From Takakia lepidozioides (Eukaryota > Plantae > Bryophyta), in NCBI GenBank assembly GCA_030704615.1, contig CM060731.1, positions 46,748,001-46,812,000 of the forward strand: a DNA stretch of 64,000 nucleotides, given 5' to 3'. The notes under the pieces were generated by a model, which ran no database searches, was not told the origin of the DNA, and was given only the letters and a program-made list of their open reading frames with translations. The translations under genes were made by a program, and so were the position numbers. The stretch's first letter is position 1, and every line of letters begins with the position of its first letter. This document shows positions 24,001 through 36,900 of this stretch, in pieces.

Positions 24001-27000
24001 ACAGGCAACCCAGCCACTGTTGTGCTGCAAGGCTGAGCATTAAGGACGTGATCCAGATCAGTGTCTGGGAATGAGTTGACGCTCTGTTAGGTGTACACTA
24101 AAACTATTGAAAGCTTTTATGATGCTCCAACTGAATAAGGCTGTATCTCCATGGTGCACCAGAACAAATCCACCTTCAGGTAGATGATTTGCTATGATGC
24201 ATATATCTCGTTCTTGCTCAACGGTATCTCTTTTCCCTTGTGTCCTGTCCAGGAATTTCCAGAGGCATTATTCAATGAGCTGCTACAGGCTATGTTGCAC
24301 CCAGATGTTGAAACCCGGATAGGGGCCCATCGCATCCTTGTCTTGCTTCTCATCCCGGCCTCTGTCTCTCTCACCTCTCGATATGAACATTTTCTTAAAA
24401 GTCGCCCATCAGCTTTCAGCTCTGCAGCCGCCCTTTTTGAGAAGTTGAAAAGGGAGAGTGTCATAGGGACACATACGGGTGACAGTGATGAAGAGAGTCG
24501 TAACAGAGACGGAAAGGTTCAAGGGAGAGCAGAGAGCATGGGGAGAGGAAATTGGCAGCTTCAAGGTCGAACTAGCAGCATGGGAAGAGATGATCTGGGA
24601 TTGGGGAAGGAAAATAGTATACATTCAACCACGAGCCCAAGTCACCGCCAAGCACTCAGGCAAAGCATGGGACGTTCATTGACGCACTCACGGGGGCCCT
24701 CCAGTGGTGCCAAGGACACGGTAATTTTCTCCTTCCTCATCTTATCTGCAGTGAAGACATTGGCTGGTGACTTAAGCTTTTTGAAATTAGTAGAGGATTT
24801 TGTTTGGAAGTAATTTTTCCTATTCCAGCTGAACCTAAGGCAGAGCTCAGCAGGGATTGGTCCTTGAAGAAAGTGCCAACTTGTGGTTGGCTTGGACATG
24901 GCAGGAGATGAGCACTGTGAGGCTAAGTGGGCATCAGGCAGAGCTGCTGCTCTCGACGTTGTGGCTGCAAACCTGCATGCCCGACAATGTGCCTTTAAGC
25001 TATGAGGCCATATCTCACTCCTACAGTCTTACCCTCCTCTTCTCCAGATCTCAGGTGAGGTGCCAATTCTTGCTTCTTATGGTTAAGGATATCCTCTCTC
25101 TGTCTCTCATAAAATTCCCTGAACTTGTTTCCAGTTTTTGACATGGGTGAGAAGAGCCTACCTGCCTTTGGCACTAGACTGAAATTTTAAAATTAGGTTG
25201 GGGAGCCTACCTTTGAACAAAAGAGAGATGCAGAGAGGAAAGGGAGCTTGTCAATACCCGGTGTGCGGGTGGGCTGAAGACAATATCCATTTTCTGCTAC
25301 AATGTCCGGGATATTCTTACCACAGAGCAACCCTTGGTCAGGACCATCAAGAACATAGTCCCTGCACCTCTGTTCACCAACTTTCAAAATCTCGAGGCTG
25401 AGCCTAAAGCCGTGGCCCTGTTGGGGTCTAATTGCTGGGCAGCTCACACAGCAGATTGATGCTTGTGTGAAGGGCTTTCTAGAGGAAATCTGGAAAGCCT
25501 CAACCAATTGTGTATACCAAGGTAAGTCCCAATACTGGAGTGAGCCCCTCACAAAGGTAGTGTCCGTTCCCTCTTATTGCGCTGAAACTAGGCGCGGGGT
25601 GTATGGCCACATGGCAAACAACATCGGACGGTCCTTCGTTGTAGTCCACTTTGTCTTATAGGCCTCTGGGCCTCCTGTGCCGAGATGAATTTCATTTTCC
25701 TTCTTTTGCCATAAGGGAAAGGAGCAATATCCCAGATCATTTACATTAAATCTCTTCACATAGTACCTTTGCAAAGAAATCGCTCTTAGGCTTTCTCATA
25801 GGCCATAGACCATGGGAAACTAACTGGTCGGCTGGCTCTATCCACTGCAGACATCCGATCGCAACACACTTGTACGAGTTTTACAGCTGGCTCTGTCTCT
25901 CAGAAGCCTTGCTATTGATGACAATGGTATGATATCACAACTCCCCCTTGCGAATCATTGCTGGAAATATGTGAAAACTAAAAACTTCTAGCCCCTAGCT
26001 TCTGGAGGCAAATGTCGCGGTATTCAGGTTCTTTTTGTTACATAGAATAAGGTAGAAGTGCATGTTTTGAGAGAGACATAGAGCTTGACTCATTAGATTT
26101 TTCTTGCTGTAGCTTCGCGACCATTGATTAAGCTCATTCAGTCCTTCCGTATATCCTCCATTACGTAAACTGGTGCCAAAATTTCTCCAAAATTTTGCAT
26201 TAAAGAGGGGTCTAAAGTGAGTGATTGAACGTGTGATGACAGTCTTTTTAATGCTTGCAATTTTTTCCTGAAGATTGCTCTTTGCAGCAGTAATAAATAA
26301 ATGAGAAGTAGAAAAGTCAGAGTGAGAGACTAAGGATAAGGGTTGTCATGTGCTGATTTTGATGGCTGGGAATTGGAAACTGCAGCTATTCAACTTATGC
26401 CAGCACGACGAAGATCTTTGTTTACACTCGCAACAGCTATGCTCGTATTTGCTGCCAAGACTTATAACATCCCCCAGATTGTTGGCCCTGCCAAGGCCCC
26501 TCTCACTCCAAGTGTGGTGAGCATTCTGGTTTCCTTCCATTTGTTCGCCTTTCTGTTTGAAATATTCATTATTAGTCACTACTATTTTCAGCTTGTGGCC
26601 TTACTAATCCTTCAGCTTTTTTGGCTATGCACCAGCCTTAGATCTTGGTGGATAAATGGTCTTGATTGTAGCCACGCACTCTGCCTGCAGTGGTGAAAGA
26701 TTGCAGAGTCTGCATATCTCATTGTTGTCCTCTTCACAATTTACTAATGGTCTTTGCAGTTCTGTTCCCTTGCATTACTTGAGCTTTGCATTGCTGCAGA
26801 TAGACTCAAGAAAGATGAATGGAGAGGGGCAAGGTTTTATATGTAGTCCCTGACTGTTCCCTGATGTAGCTTGCTGTAATCTTGAAATTAGGGGTACTAT
26901 ATTGCCCACCCCCCAGCCGGGGCCTTGGTCTTTGCCCATCAAGGATATGGCCTTGATTGAGATTTAATTCAATTGGTGAAGTCAATGGGCTTGAAAACGA

Positions 27001-29136
27001 GCAGTGTCATTTTGGCTGTCTGACATGCAACACAAGCCGTCCCAACTGCCAGAACATGAGTGATGCATAGAGAGACAGAAAAATGTTTGTGGAGAAGTAA
27101 AATCTCATACATCTTCTGGGTTGGTTCAGAAAGATCCGTACATGGAGCTCACAGACGAGAGCACTCTCACTGTGGTGAGCTTTGCTGTAATTGCCAAGGA
27201 GTATGGCACAGCTGCCGATGACCATGTTGCATTGCAATCCCTGGCTAACATCTCTCTAACTGGGGACCTGTCCAATGAAGCCCTTGTATCCCGTATCATT
27301 GAGGGATCTCCAGCGCTAGTTGAGGTAATATCTCTGTTGTTTGGTTTTGAAGATGACTTCTCTTGTCTCTTCCTAGTTGTTTGTCTACCTTGGCTCCCAT
27401 GACCGAGGGTTCCTTCTCCTTTCCCTCCCTCTGACCCTGATGTGGTGCTATGCAGTCATTAGGGGCTGGTGTCAAAGAGCAGATGTTGCAGCGATTCCTC
27501 CCGCAGGACAGCTACACTCTAGCGCTACACTTGTATACAGATACACCCCATACACATGGCTCTCCCCATGGCTCGCAAGAATCTCTCTCTTTTGATGAGG
27601 TAACCTTTAGCAGTTAGTTTCAGATACTCCTCTCGATATGTGGTATACTGGATGTTGTACATCTTTGATCATATTGGTGACAGAAACAGGGTACGAGAAA
27701 GAGGAAGTGTTCATGGTGGTTTTGTTTTAAATCCAGGCACAGCTGATATCAGGTTCGGTAGAAGATGACTTCATCAGTGATACATCAGGTCCTGACCTAC
27801 CACGCCTGTTGAGAGAGAACCCAGTCCCAGTCCTCGCCCCACAAGCCATGGGTGTATCTCAACTAATTGAAGCGGTACTTCTGCACTCACATCCAGTCCA
27901 AGCTTTGTTACGATCTGTTTGTGTTGATCTTACAATAGTAGTGTCTTGTTGAAATCCATATATGTCCCTTGAAGAATGGTGGTGTGGCAGTATAGGCCTA
28001 TATGTCTGTTGTGGGTGGTGAGAGGCCATCCAGTTATGCTCCAGGCATTGGTCCACGACTTGTTCTTTTGGGTGGAACGTTTGGTAATTGGTGGGAAAAC
28101 CATGCAGCATGATGCATTGGAGTTATAGACCTCTGTGCTTTAGATCATTGAACCCAGTGAGATTCTCCAATGGAATGCCCCAGATGCTCAGCGATATTGA
28201 CGTCAAATTCATGGATTGCCACTTGCTTTTTCTGTGGAGCATAGAATTCTATATACGCCATGTTGTATATAGGAAGTTTGAATCAGTTATCAACAAGCCC
28301 CATATAAATTGATTTAGATCTGGAGGAACTTGTCCAGTACAGCAAACAGGAGCAGTTTGCATGGCCTTTGGCAATAGGTATCCTAAAGAACTTGTTGCAA
28401 CACCCATGACTAGACCTTTTCCTCCAGAAGCAAACATTTGCTCCAGATCCCATGTCTAACAGAAAGGGATGTGTGCAGGCATTGGAGACAGCCGGTCAGG
28501 TGGCGAGTGTGTCCGTTTCAAATGTACCTCTCTCGTATAGTGCGACAGCAAGCCAGTGTGAGGTGTTTGGATCGGGCACACATAAAAAGATGTCAATTGT
28601 GTTGAAGCTGGACAGCAAAGGGAGCCCCCTGCTGGTATCCCTTCCTGGAAAGGATATGCCCAGTAAGGTTGACCATGACCATGAAGGGCTGGAAGGCCGG
28701 GTAAGTGGGTGTTTTCCAATAATACCTCATGTGCATTAGTCACTGGGTTTGCTAATTGCAAACTGCCACATTTCAACTCTTTTTGGTTGGCCTTCTTTTA
28801 AAACTTAGATGCAGGAGGTTGGCTTTTGATTCCCAGTGTTGTTTTTTGGACTTACTCACAGGAAGGTTTTGTAATCGTGGAAGTAATCAACTAGCTTGCG
28901 AGGATGTGCAAGGGATGGGAAATGAATTGACCTTTGATTATATTGGTGTGCTTCAGCCTTCAGGAGAAGAACGAAGGAAACATTCTGCAAATGGAGATGC
29001 CAATTCATGGAGTATAAGTAATAGCCCCACATTCAAGCCCGTATGGCTCTCTCCTGCACAAGGGGAGTCTTGGCAGGCGCTCAAACTCCCTCCTTCCAGC
29101 CCTTATGACAATTTTCTAAAAGCAGCTGGTTGCTAG
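18077..29136 (+). CDS. EFR3: EFR3-family armadillo-like protein (plant SRL2/EFR3 homologue), 19 exons
   Basis: Exons 18077-18211, 18573-18647, 18956-19071, 19333-19447, 19572-19700, 19897-19944, 20401-20612, 20836-21032, 23215-23507, 23726-23875, 24253-24720, 24905-25054, 25851-25926, 26386-26516, 27130-27324, 27456-27599, 27737-27874, 28479-28700, 28957-29136; GT-AG junctions in phase. N-terminus MGLMSRRVLPVCGRMCFCCPGLRSRSRQPVKRY, then NDRKIGKLAEYASKNPMRIPK; C-terminus LKLPPSSPYDNFLKAAGC. Confidence 0.95.
21095..22795 (+). mobile_element. Head-to-tail stack of 5'-truncated copies of a (CT)n-tailed LINE in EFR3 intron 8
   Basis: The longest copy (21629-22752) encodes an RT C-terminus (RPALEYGSAIW, AVRGEFG, KFKLRAGSLPL, CPLCGQSEDSIHFLIHC). 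The 3' end ggccacaaggctacggcaaacaacgtcttatgagtaca-(tc)n recurs at ~21430, 21490, 21610, 22740 and 22780. Confidence 0.9.
25109..25625 (+). mobile_element. Diverged 3' fragment of the same LINE in EFR3 intron 12
   Basis: Similar to 22195-22730; preceded by ctctctctgtctctc. Confidence 0.85.
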
Positions 29137-30362
29137 CATGTGGATTCGGGAGGGCAACCAGGAAGAATGGAGTCCCTGGGATTCGCGATTGGTGAGGGGT
29201 TGTCAATTTAGAAGAATAGTTCTTCTGGAAATCAATGCAGGATGGAAGGTGTAGAAAGTGTAATAATACATAGAGAGTTATAGGGTTGGTTAACATAGCC
29301 GTGTAGTGTATAGTTGAGCACCCACTCCATTATTTTACAGTGAGGGCAGGTATGGTCATTCAGGATCTCAACTTTCACCACTGGAAGAACTGGTGCAAAA
29401 GTGGGATGCTTTTGCTGGTTTCAATAACAGGTGCTCTCAGTTTGCCTGGGGCCTCTGCATGAAGTGGTCGCACTGCCCTCGGATTTGAGCCTGATTTGGG
29501 CCCTCTTAAATTGAGTCGACTCTCCCTGCTTTTCAAGGGGAGACCATCGATTGATAAGCAGACAAAATCAATGCCTCACTCTACCACAAGCCCCTCCCTC
29601 TTCACTATCTCTCTTATGTGGAGTATCTGCTGCGCAAAAGCTCCCATTGATCAACTCAACATTCTCGGTGAGAGACATTGTCAAGCATGGCATCTCCCTA
29701 CCCCTGCGGCTTCGCAAACCAAGCACTGATTCTTCTTCTGAGATGGATGGTTGCTCAACATCATGGGGGGCTAGCGAAATGGACAAATGAGTATGAGGAT
29801 TTGATCACAATACCTAGCGCTGTGGAAGCTGGCCCAAGCGCGCGGCATTCAACTGTTGGTCCCCCCTCGCGCGAACGTTCTGCTGGCCCTCTCTCTCTCT
29901 CTCTCTCGATCGACCTCGCCCAGATTTCAGCTCTGGATCCTCCATTGCCATGCTGAATCCAAGCAGCCGAGCGTCTTCTTAAAGATGCACTTGGAATTGT
30001 CCCGTTGATTTGCAGTATGCAGGACTGGGGGTTGGGAGAGATGGGGATGCACTAAGGGGAGAGAGAGATTGGGGGAGGGGGAAGGTATGTGTGAATTTTG
30101 GATGACATGGAAGGTGGGTGCAGCAAGATTGCAGCGTAGAAGAGATGCGGGGTTTAGTATTCTCTAAAAGTAGTCTCTTTTGATCGCCTGCAGCAATGGG
30201 TGTCTGCTCCCAGAGGATGCTCGGTCCCGTATGTCTTTCGCATGTTAACAGGCACATCTGTACATCGACAGCTGCGTGTGTTAGCCAGCGTAAAGCTCAA
30301 CAGTGTAGGGAGTGAAGCAGGTCTGCTGTTTGATCTGTGCATGCGCTGGACGCAATTGTAGT

Positions 30363-33300
30363 ATGACAATGCTGCTGTCCTCTCATAATGTAATCAACAA
30401 TCACGCACGCAGGCTCCCGTGTGCTTTCAACCCCTCGGCTCCCAGCTACGGCTCTGAATTCCGTCCAAGAGATCTTCCACCACCTGGGTCTGTCTTCTCT
30501 TCTCTTGCTCTCTCGGGCTCTCTCTTGCAGACCGCTGCACCGATACAGCCGTCTCTTTGTCTTACAGCTAGGGTTAGACCTTCCGAAGGCGGCTCCGTGC
30601 TGGTCGGATCCAATCCTTCCAAGCACGAGGAGAGGCGAAAGGGATGGAGGTGTTGTCAGCAGGGCAGCGACTCGGGGAATAGCACGGATAAAGTCAACGA
30701 CGCGGAGGACATGCCCAATGAAGGCGAGGCGAGCTTCTCTGTGCCAAAGCCTTGCACATCAGCTCCGCCTCATGTAGCAGATGCAAGAGCGATCTTCGCT
30801 TCCAGTTTGGAGTCCACAAGGACTGAAGAGGCAGCATCCTGCATTGAGAAGATAGAGCGGAGCGCGAAGGCTTCAATTGAGAAACTAAGGCATATTTTGT
30901 ATACTGTTAAGACGAGGGCGCCTGATATTGTGGTTCCTTCATTCGGCAGCAACAGGCGGGAAGAAGGTATGGAAACCAATTCCAATGCTTCTCTATAATT
31001 GAGTAGCTTATGCACGTCTAGAGAAGAAAAGGAGACCATTTATCAAGCTTATATGGCTTGAGGCAACTGCTAGAATAAATTTCGTATTGAACTATGGTAA
31101 AATCACATTCGAGCCATCCAGTTTCCGGGCCTGGGGGAGTGTCAGACACACCTAGGAAGAGTTGAAGATCTCAGAACCTTGAGTACTGACATTTTGGCAT
31201 GTCACAATGTAATGAGGCAACCAAAATTTTATTGTGGGTGTCCACAATTTAGGGTGGTCACATTGCTTTGAAAAGTCTAGCCCCTTTGCTTCTTGGCCCC
31301 GCACTCCCTCACTTACAGATGCACCCCTGGACGTATGTGTGAAATCTTGTGAAGTGTTTTTCAACTTGTGACTACTGAGGAGCGAATTGGGGGATACCAA
31401 CATTTCTTGGGCTCCTTCAAACTCCTGCGCTCAGGAGTGCGGGAATTTTCAACTGCAACAAAAGTAGCTGCTGCAGATGTCCACATGCAGCAAGGCTGCA
31501 ACTGCAATGGCCAGGTTGTCTCTCTCTTCAAGGCTGCTGACTCTATCGACCAAAGAAATCCCAACGGTAGTATGACCTGAGGCATTGTGGTGTAGGGCTC
31601 GAGTGCGATGGTACTGTAATTATGATACATGGGTGCATTTTGGTTGACAGGGCTGGGAAGGAGTTCCAGGCCACCTTCCTTTGGCAAAGTGCGGGGCGTG
31701 ACGTGGGAGGAGAGCAAGGAAGAAGAAGACCATCCTACGGCAGAGAGAGAGCTTCCAGTGGCAGATAATTCGCAGGAAGCTTTTGTACAACATGATGCTG
31801 TGACTTGCACTCGAACGACTGTGAAATTCAACAAGGAGACCAATACTGCAATTGTTACAATCACTGCCACTGTGAGGGGCCCTGAGAGAGATAGTGCTTT
31901 ACAAGATAATGAGCAAGTTAACCAGAAATCCTTAATCCTGGCAGCTCGTTCCTTGAGTCATGCATGTGCCAGTTTAGAGGAGAAGGTGACTGCTGCAATG
32001 AGGTCTACCACAAAGAAAACAGTTATTGAGGCTGCAGGTGAGGCTGTGAAGGAGTCTGAACATGAATTGGAGCATGATCACATTCTGGGACAGCTGACCA
32101 CTGGAGAAGTTCTGGAAGCCTTTGAAATAAAGAAGGGGTATGGGGCCACCCCATTCAGGCCAGTGTATGTGGTTAAGCTGTCACATGGGGATGGGCAAGT
32201 GTCCCACGCTCTGATGAAGCCATTCGTTCCTGGGGATGCATATCGCTTCAGTAGTGCTTCAGCAGAATGGGTAGCTTATCAGGTTTTTACTGAGCCTTTG
32301 CTCTTTGCTGCTGTTGGAGGTAAGTTGCATAGCACTCAAAGAGCTCCAGAAAACACAAGGGTTTGGTGTTGGTGTGGCAGGGGTGTCCCATGTGAGACAA
32401 CCAGAGCTTGGTGATTGTGTTTAACGAGAAAAATACCACTTCTTGTTCAATACAATCTGCAAAGTAGTCATGGAGTGAGACATACGCACTAAAGTAAAGG
32501 GCCAGGTACGGACGAGAAGCATAAAAAGAAGGGGATGAAGTAGGTTGAAGGATGATATTGCATGTTTTTGATGAAACTTCATGGTGGTGGACACTTTTTG
32601 TGTGCAGTTAGGACAGATACTGGGAACAGACATGGTGCCACCAGCTGTGATGCGCAGAGAGATTCAAGTGGCTGGCAAAACTTTTGCCCTAGGAACTCTT
32701 CTGCACTACGTGCCTGATGTCAGGCCCTTGACACGCTTGGGACCCCAGGTGCAAAATGGCATCCCCTCTCTCAACACAAGTTTCTTTTTCTGGAGTTAAG
32801 AAATTTGGATTTGTTGTGCCATGTTGGAGACTGGAGATAATCGGACCATCTCAGAAAACATAGGCTTATGGCTATGATACTACCTCCTGGGTGGGGAAGA
32901 AGCTCAATTACAACAGCTGTCAGGATGCCAGCATGGACCTCTTTGCCCTTTCCCAGGACTGCCAGGCTGGCACACACATTGAGAATGCCCATAGCAAATG
33001 AATGTGACCTGGTTGGGCCACCTTCCTGTATTGTATGCTCTAAATGCCGGCCTAGTGACTTCGTTGCCTATGTTTGTTTTGACCTGAAGCACTCTGCTTC
33101 GGGTAAGGTAGATTTTTCAAATACTGTGTGTGTATGCACAACTTTCCTCCACTTGACAAACATGTGGAGATAAGTGTTGTGTACAAACCCGTTGGGCTCA
33201 AGTCCATTTTGGATAATGTGGCATGCACCTGCTTTCCCACTGCTGATCTTGTCATCTCACTTATGCAATAGTGAGAGTGCCGGAATGCCTTCTTGGTTCA

Positions 33301-35349
33301 AAATGTGGACAGACTCCTTCAGTTGTCTATGCCCACAAGTGCCATGAGAGATCTTGTGGGCTCCCTCTCTTGACCTCTTTGAGCAGTGGTGATGTTGGAG
33401 GTGCCTAATTCAATCAACTCTTCCAGTTGGCCATCTACCCCTGCAGCTTTCTTCTAGCTAGCTCTCTATCCACAGTGCTTTATTGGTAACTAGTGCTTGA
33501 AATGTGCTCCTCTCTAGTGGATCTGCACCTGCACTCAATCCCAGCCTCTTTCAGCTCTGCCTGCCTCGACAGCGATATGCACACATCCTCCCCTTGTACA
33601 CACCAGGAATACCCTTGGGCAAGGCATTTTCCTCGCCTGCTTTGGAAGAACAGCCTATGAGACTTACAGTAAGAGATAATTTCACAGAACAGCCAAACCC
33701 CTGCACATCATGCATGCTGCAGATTGCAAACCTGGCTATCCCCACCATTGTGATTGACTTTTAAAGAGCTCTTGCTAGCACACCCTGTGCTTGACTTCTG
33801 TTCCAGAAACTCCAAGAGCTTCAAAACTGGCACAGGCATAGCTGTATGGAGGCACTAATGTAGCTTTCAACGACATCCATGCAAGTCACTGTGGACTCTA
33901 TGTGAAACAACACAATGGGGAAAATACAAACTTAAGACACTAAACAAGCTTGTGGATGACACAGCTTCCCCTCTCCTCAGGCTCATGTGAGTACATACTT
34001 CCATTGTCAGGCTTCGTAGGAGAACCTAATATCCTTTCACCACCACCAGATGGTTCTTGGCCTTGTGTCACGACAATTAGATCTCAGGCGGGTTCAACCA
34101 ACCCCGCAAGCCAAGAGACCTCTAAGATCCATACAAGTCACTGTGGACTCTATGTGAAACAACACAATGGGGAAAATACAAACTTAAGACGCTAAACAAG
34201 CTTGTGGATGCCACAGCTTCCCCTCTCATCAGGCTCATGTGAGTACATACTTCCATCGTCAGGCTTCGTAGGAGAACCTAGTATCCTTTCACCACCACCA
34301 GATGGTTCTTGGCCTTGTGTCACGACAATTAGATCTCAGGCGGGTTCAACCAAATTCCGCAAGCCAAGAGACCTCTAATGTCTGTACTATGGACACTTTG
34401 GATTGTTCTGTCAAAGCCACCAGGTTACAGAGAACATTATTTGAAGGCAACATTGTCCCATATGTACCTGTATGCAAGCACATTTGGGATTTTGACTAAT
34501 GAGAGGAGAGAGACCTGTGGGTGACAGGTAATAATGTCCATGAGCTGCTACCCACTATAAAAAGACTTTATTTGATAGCTATTGATGTTCTGTTTTTTCC
34601 TGGGGTGGTATGTAAGCAGGAGTGGGGGGCAGAGTCCTCAGTACATTTTATAAGCAATGCACATGTACTGGATGCGCTTGGTGGCACTGCCCCCCGTGAG
34701 CGCCGCTTCTTCATGGAAGGTATTCACTGGATAAGCTATGGCAAGCGCCGCCCTATGCTACTGGATCATCCCATGGGACAAGCCAATGGCAAATTACATG
34801 CCATGTGGTCTCCTCATGGCAATGTGAAAGGTGTCCAGGTAGGTTTGCCTCGGAAGTCCAATCCCTCTCAAGACTTTATTCATTGGGAATATGTAGATGC
34901 AGTAGTTTAAGTTTTCTTCTTTTAAGTATGGATGAGGTTGTTACAGTTCTGAAGTTTCCATACTGTCTGGTCATCGCTGGGCATGCATGAACTTGCATAA
35001 GAGCTGTCTTATGGCCCTCAATATGTTTTCAAGTGGGATGCATACAGTCATATGTCATAATGCCCTAATTTTTGCGACTGTCCAAGTTGGGCATGGTGTC
35101 TACGCCAGTAAGCCATAGCAAACAAAGTGTTTCAAGTGGATCTGTCGGGTTTTGAGAGAATCTCATTGTATGCAGAAAGTGTCCAATCAAACACTGGCAT
35201 CACTGAAGGCCCTCAACCTAGCGTTGCTACAAAAAGCTCTAGGCAGCCATGTTTCTTTCGAAGAGTTGGAGACAATACTTGAGAGGAGGGATCAGGTGGT
35301 GACCTACTTTGAAGCCATTTGCAAGACTGGCCCTGCCCTTACAATCTGA
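30363..35349 (+). CDS. Atypical kinase-fold protein (PI4K-II/FAM20/Four-jointed-like), probable pseudokinase, possible plastid transit peptide
   Basis: Exons 30363-30966, 31651-32282, 32608-32748, 34620-34838, 35176-35349, all in phase. Motifs ALMKP..AEWVAYQLGQILGTDMVPPAVMRR, VLDALGGTAPRE, PMLLDH, and C-terminal LKAL..L..ALG..VS.EELETILERRD. N-terminus is Ser/Pro/Arg-rich. Confidence 0.75.
32890..33420 (-). pseudogene. PLS-class PPR pseudogene fragment, antisense in intron 3 of the kinase-like gene
   Basis: GKQVHATL..LYTTLI and ILNVCASLAVLGKGKEVHAGI, with frameshifts. Confidence 0.75.
33875..34378. repeat. Tandem duplication, two copies of 252 bp
   Basis: atcca.caagtcactgtggactc...ccaagagacctctaa starts at 33875 and again at 34127, with few mismatches. 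Confidence 0.95.
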
Positions 35350-36697
35350 ATTCCAACCGATGGACCAGAAGCAATCCGAGGTCATGGGGCTACCATCTTG
35401 GTGGCCCAAGGCACAATCAATCTAGCTGTAGGGCTTTAAAAATTATTCTGCTGCATTTGGATTGGATCCTTATGGGAGACGAGAATTTCGGGGTATATGG
35501 TGCATTAACCCTATGTAGCTGAAACCAACACCTTCAAGCAACAAGGGTTTCTGTTAAATTTCACTTTCAAGACGAGTGGGGGCGGAAACTGTAGATGGCA
35601 ACAACAGACTTCCACGAGCATTCTGAAATTTCTGTGGATAAAGGCTATGGTAGCAAGAAGGGAGTAACAGTAGCTGCCCTTGTACTTTACAGTGACAACT
35701 GATTTGACAGTAATTTCGAGTATGGACATCACAGAGCCCCACTCCTGAGGAATGTATCGTATGAACTTACTACAGAAGGAAAAGAGATTGTTGAGAGCAC
35801 TCCTACTTCTCAATGCCATAGCTTGTCTAGGGACCTCCGAATGAAGACCATAAGAACAGAGGCAGACACACTACCTATACCTCTGTTCTCAATTGTGCAA
35901 TGAGCGAACATGCTCTGTGTCTCTGAATGCCTCATGAGTAACTATGTGCTTTCCACCATGAGAACATGGAGATGGATCAATAGACAGATCCAATTGACAG
36001 AGTCACCCCTATAATAAACAGGTCGTTCGACTAGGGCTCCCTCCTTTCTGGCTGGTGACCTGTCTTGCTCCGGCAAGTTCTTCCCAACGCTGAGTTTCAA
36101 GGCTCCACATATAACTCAGAAAGGCATTGTGCTTGTGAGGTAGCCAGGCCATTGCGGTGTGGTGAAATGAAATCCAGACTCTACTGCTCAAAACTGAAAT
36201 AAAGAATATGGTAAGGTTCGGACCTTGGCCCTATTGTAAAGAGGCCCTCAGAATAGGAGGCAGGGAGGGAACTGTGCCATAGTGATCAAACACAACATTA
36301 GCATGTAATAGGGCTGAGGAGGGAGAGAAAAGCAGATAGACCTATTAAAATTTCATATTCGTGCCAGCTGAATCATGTTGTATCTGATCATTCGGCACAG
36401 ACCCACAGAAATCTGTTGATGAGGATGGTACCTGGTCCTGTAATAGAGACAGTGGCGAGGATGGTGTTTGGCCCATTCTACTACAACAGAGGATTCCCTG
36501 GAAAACATAGTAGATTGAAGTGACCTTCCAATCATACAATGAATTAGAAGTACTAATCATCCAGTCTGAAGTGAAAGAAAAATGACTGGTGTTATATATA
36601 TATTTTACCCGGCATTTTCTAAAGTTGTTCCAGTAGTCTGTGAGCCATGAGGATATTGAGCAAATATTGGTGCCCATTTTCCCATACTGCATGAATG

Positions 36698-36699
<2 letters not shown>

Positions 36700-36735
<36 letters not shown>
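36700..36735. repeat. (CT)n microsatellite
   Basis: About 18 CT units. Confidence 0.95.
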
Positions 36736-36737
<2 letters not shown>

Positions 36738-36900
36738 GAAGGACAGGGGACATCACTCTGAATTAACCTGAACAAGTTAACCTGTCCCTAACCACAGCAA
36801 GATGCATCTTGGCAAGCTAAGAAATCCCTGAGGGCAAGTCTCTACCTCTGTCCCTGTGACTCCTTACACAGGTGGCAGGTACCACCTCATGAGATTAGTT

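Noticed and set aside
36340-36690. Possible L1 remnant on the minus strand (..ILINRFLW..)
   Set aside because: Only a few residues are suggestive; too degenerate to support a call.
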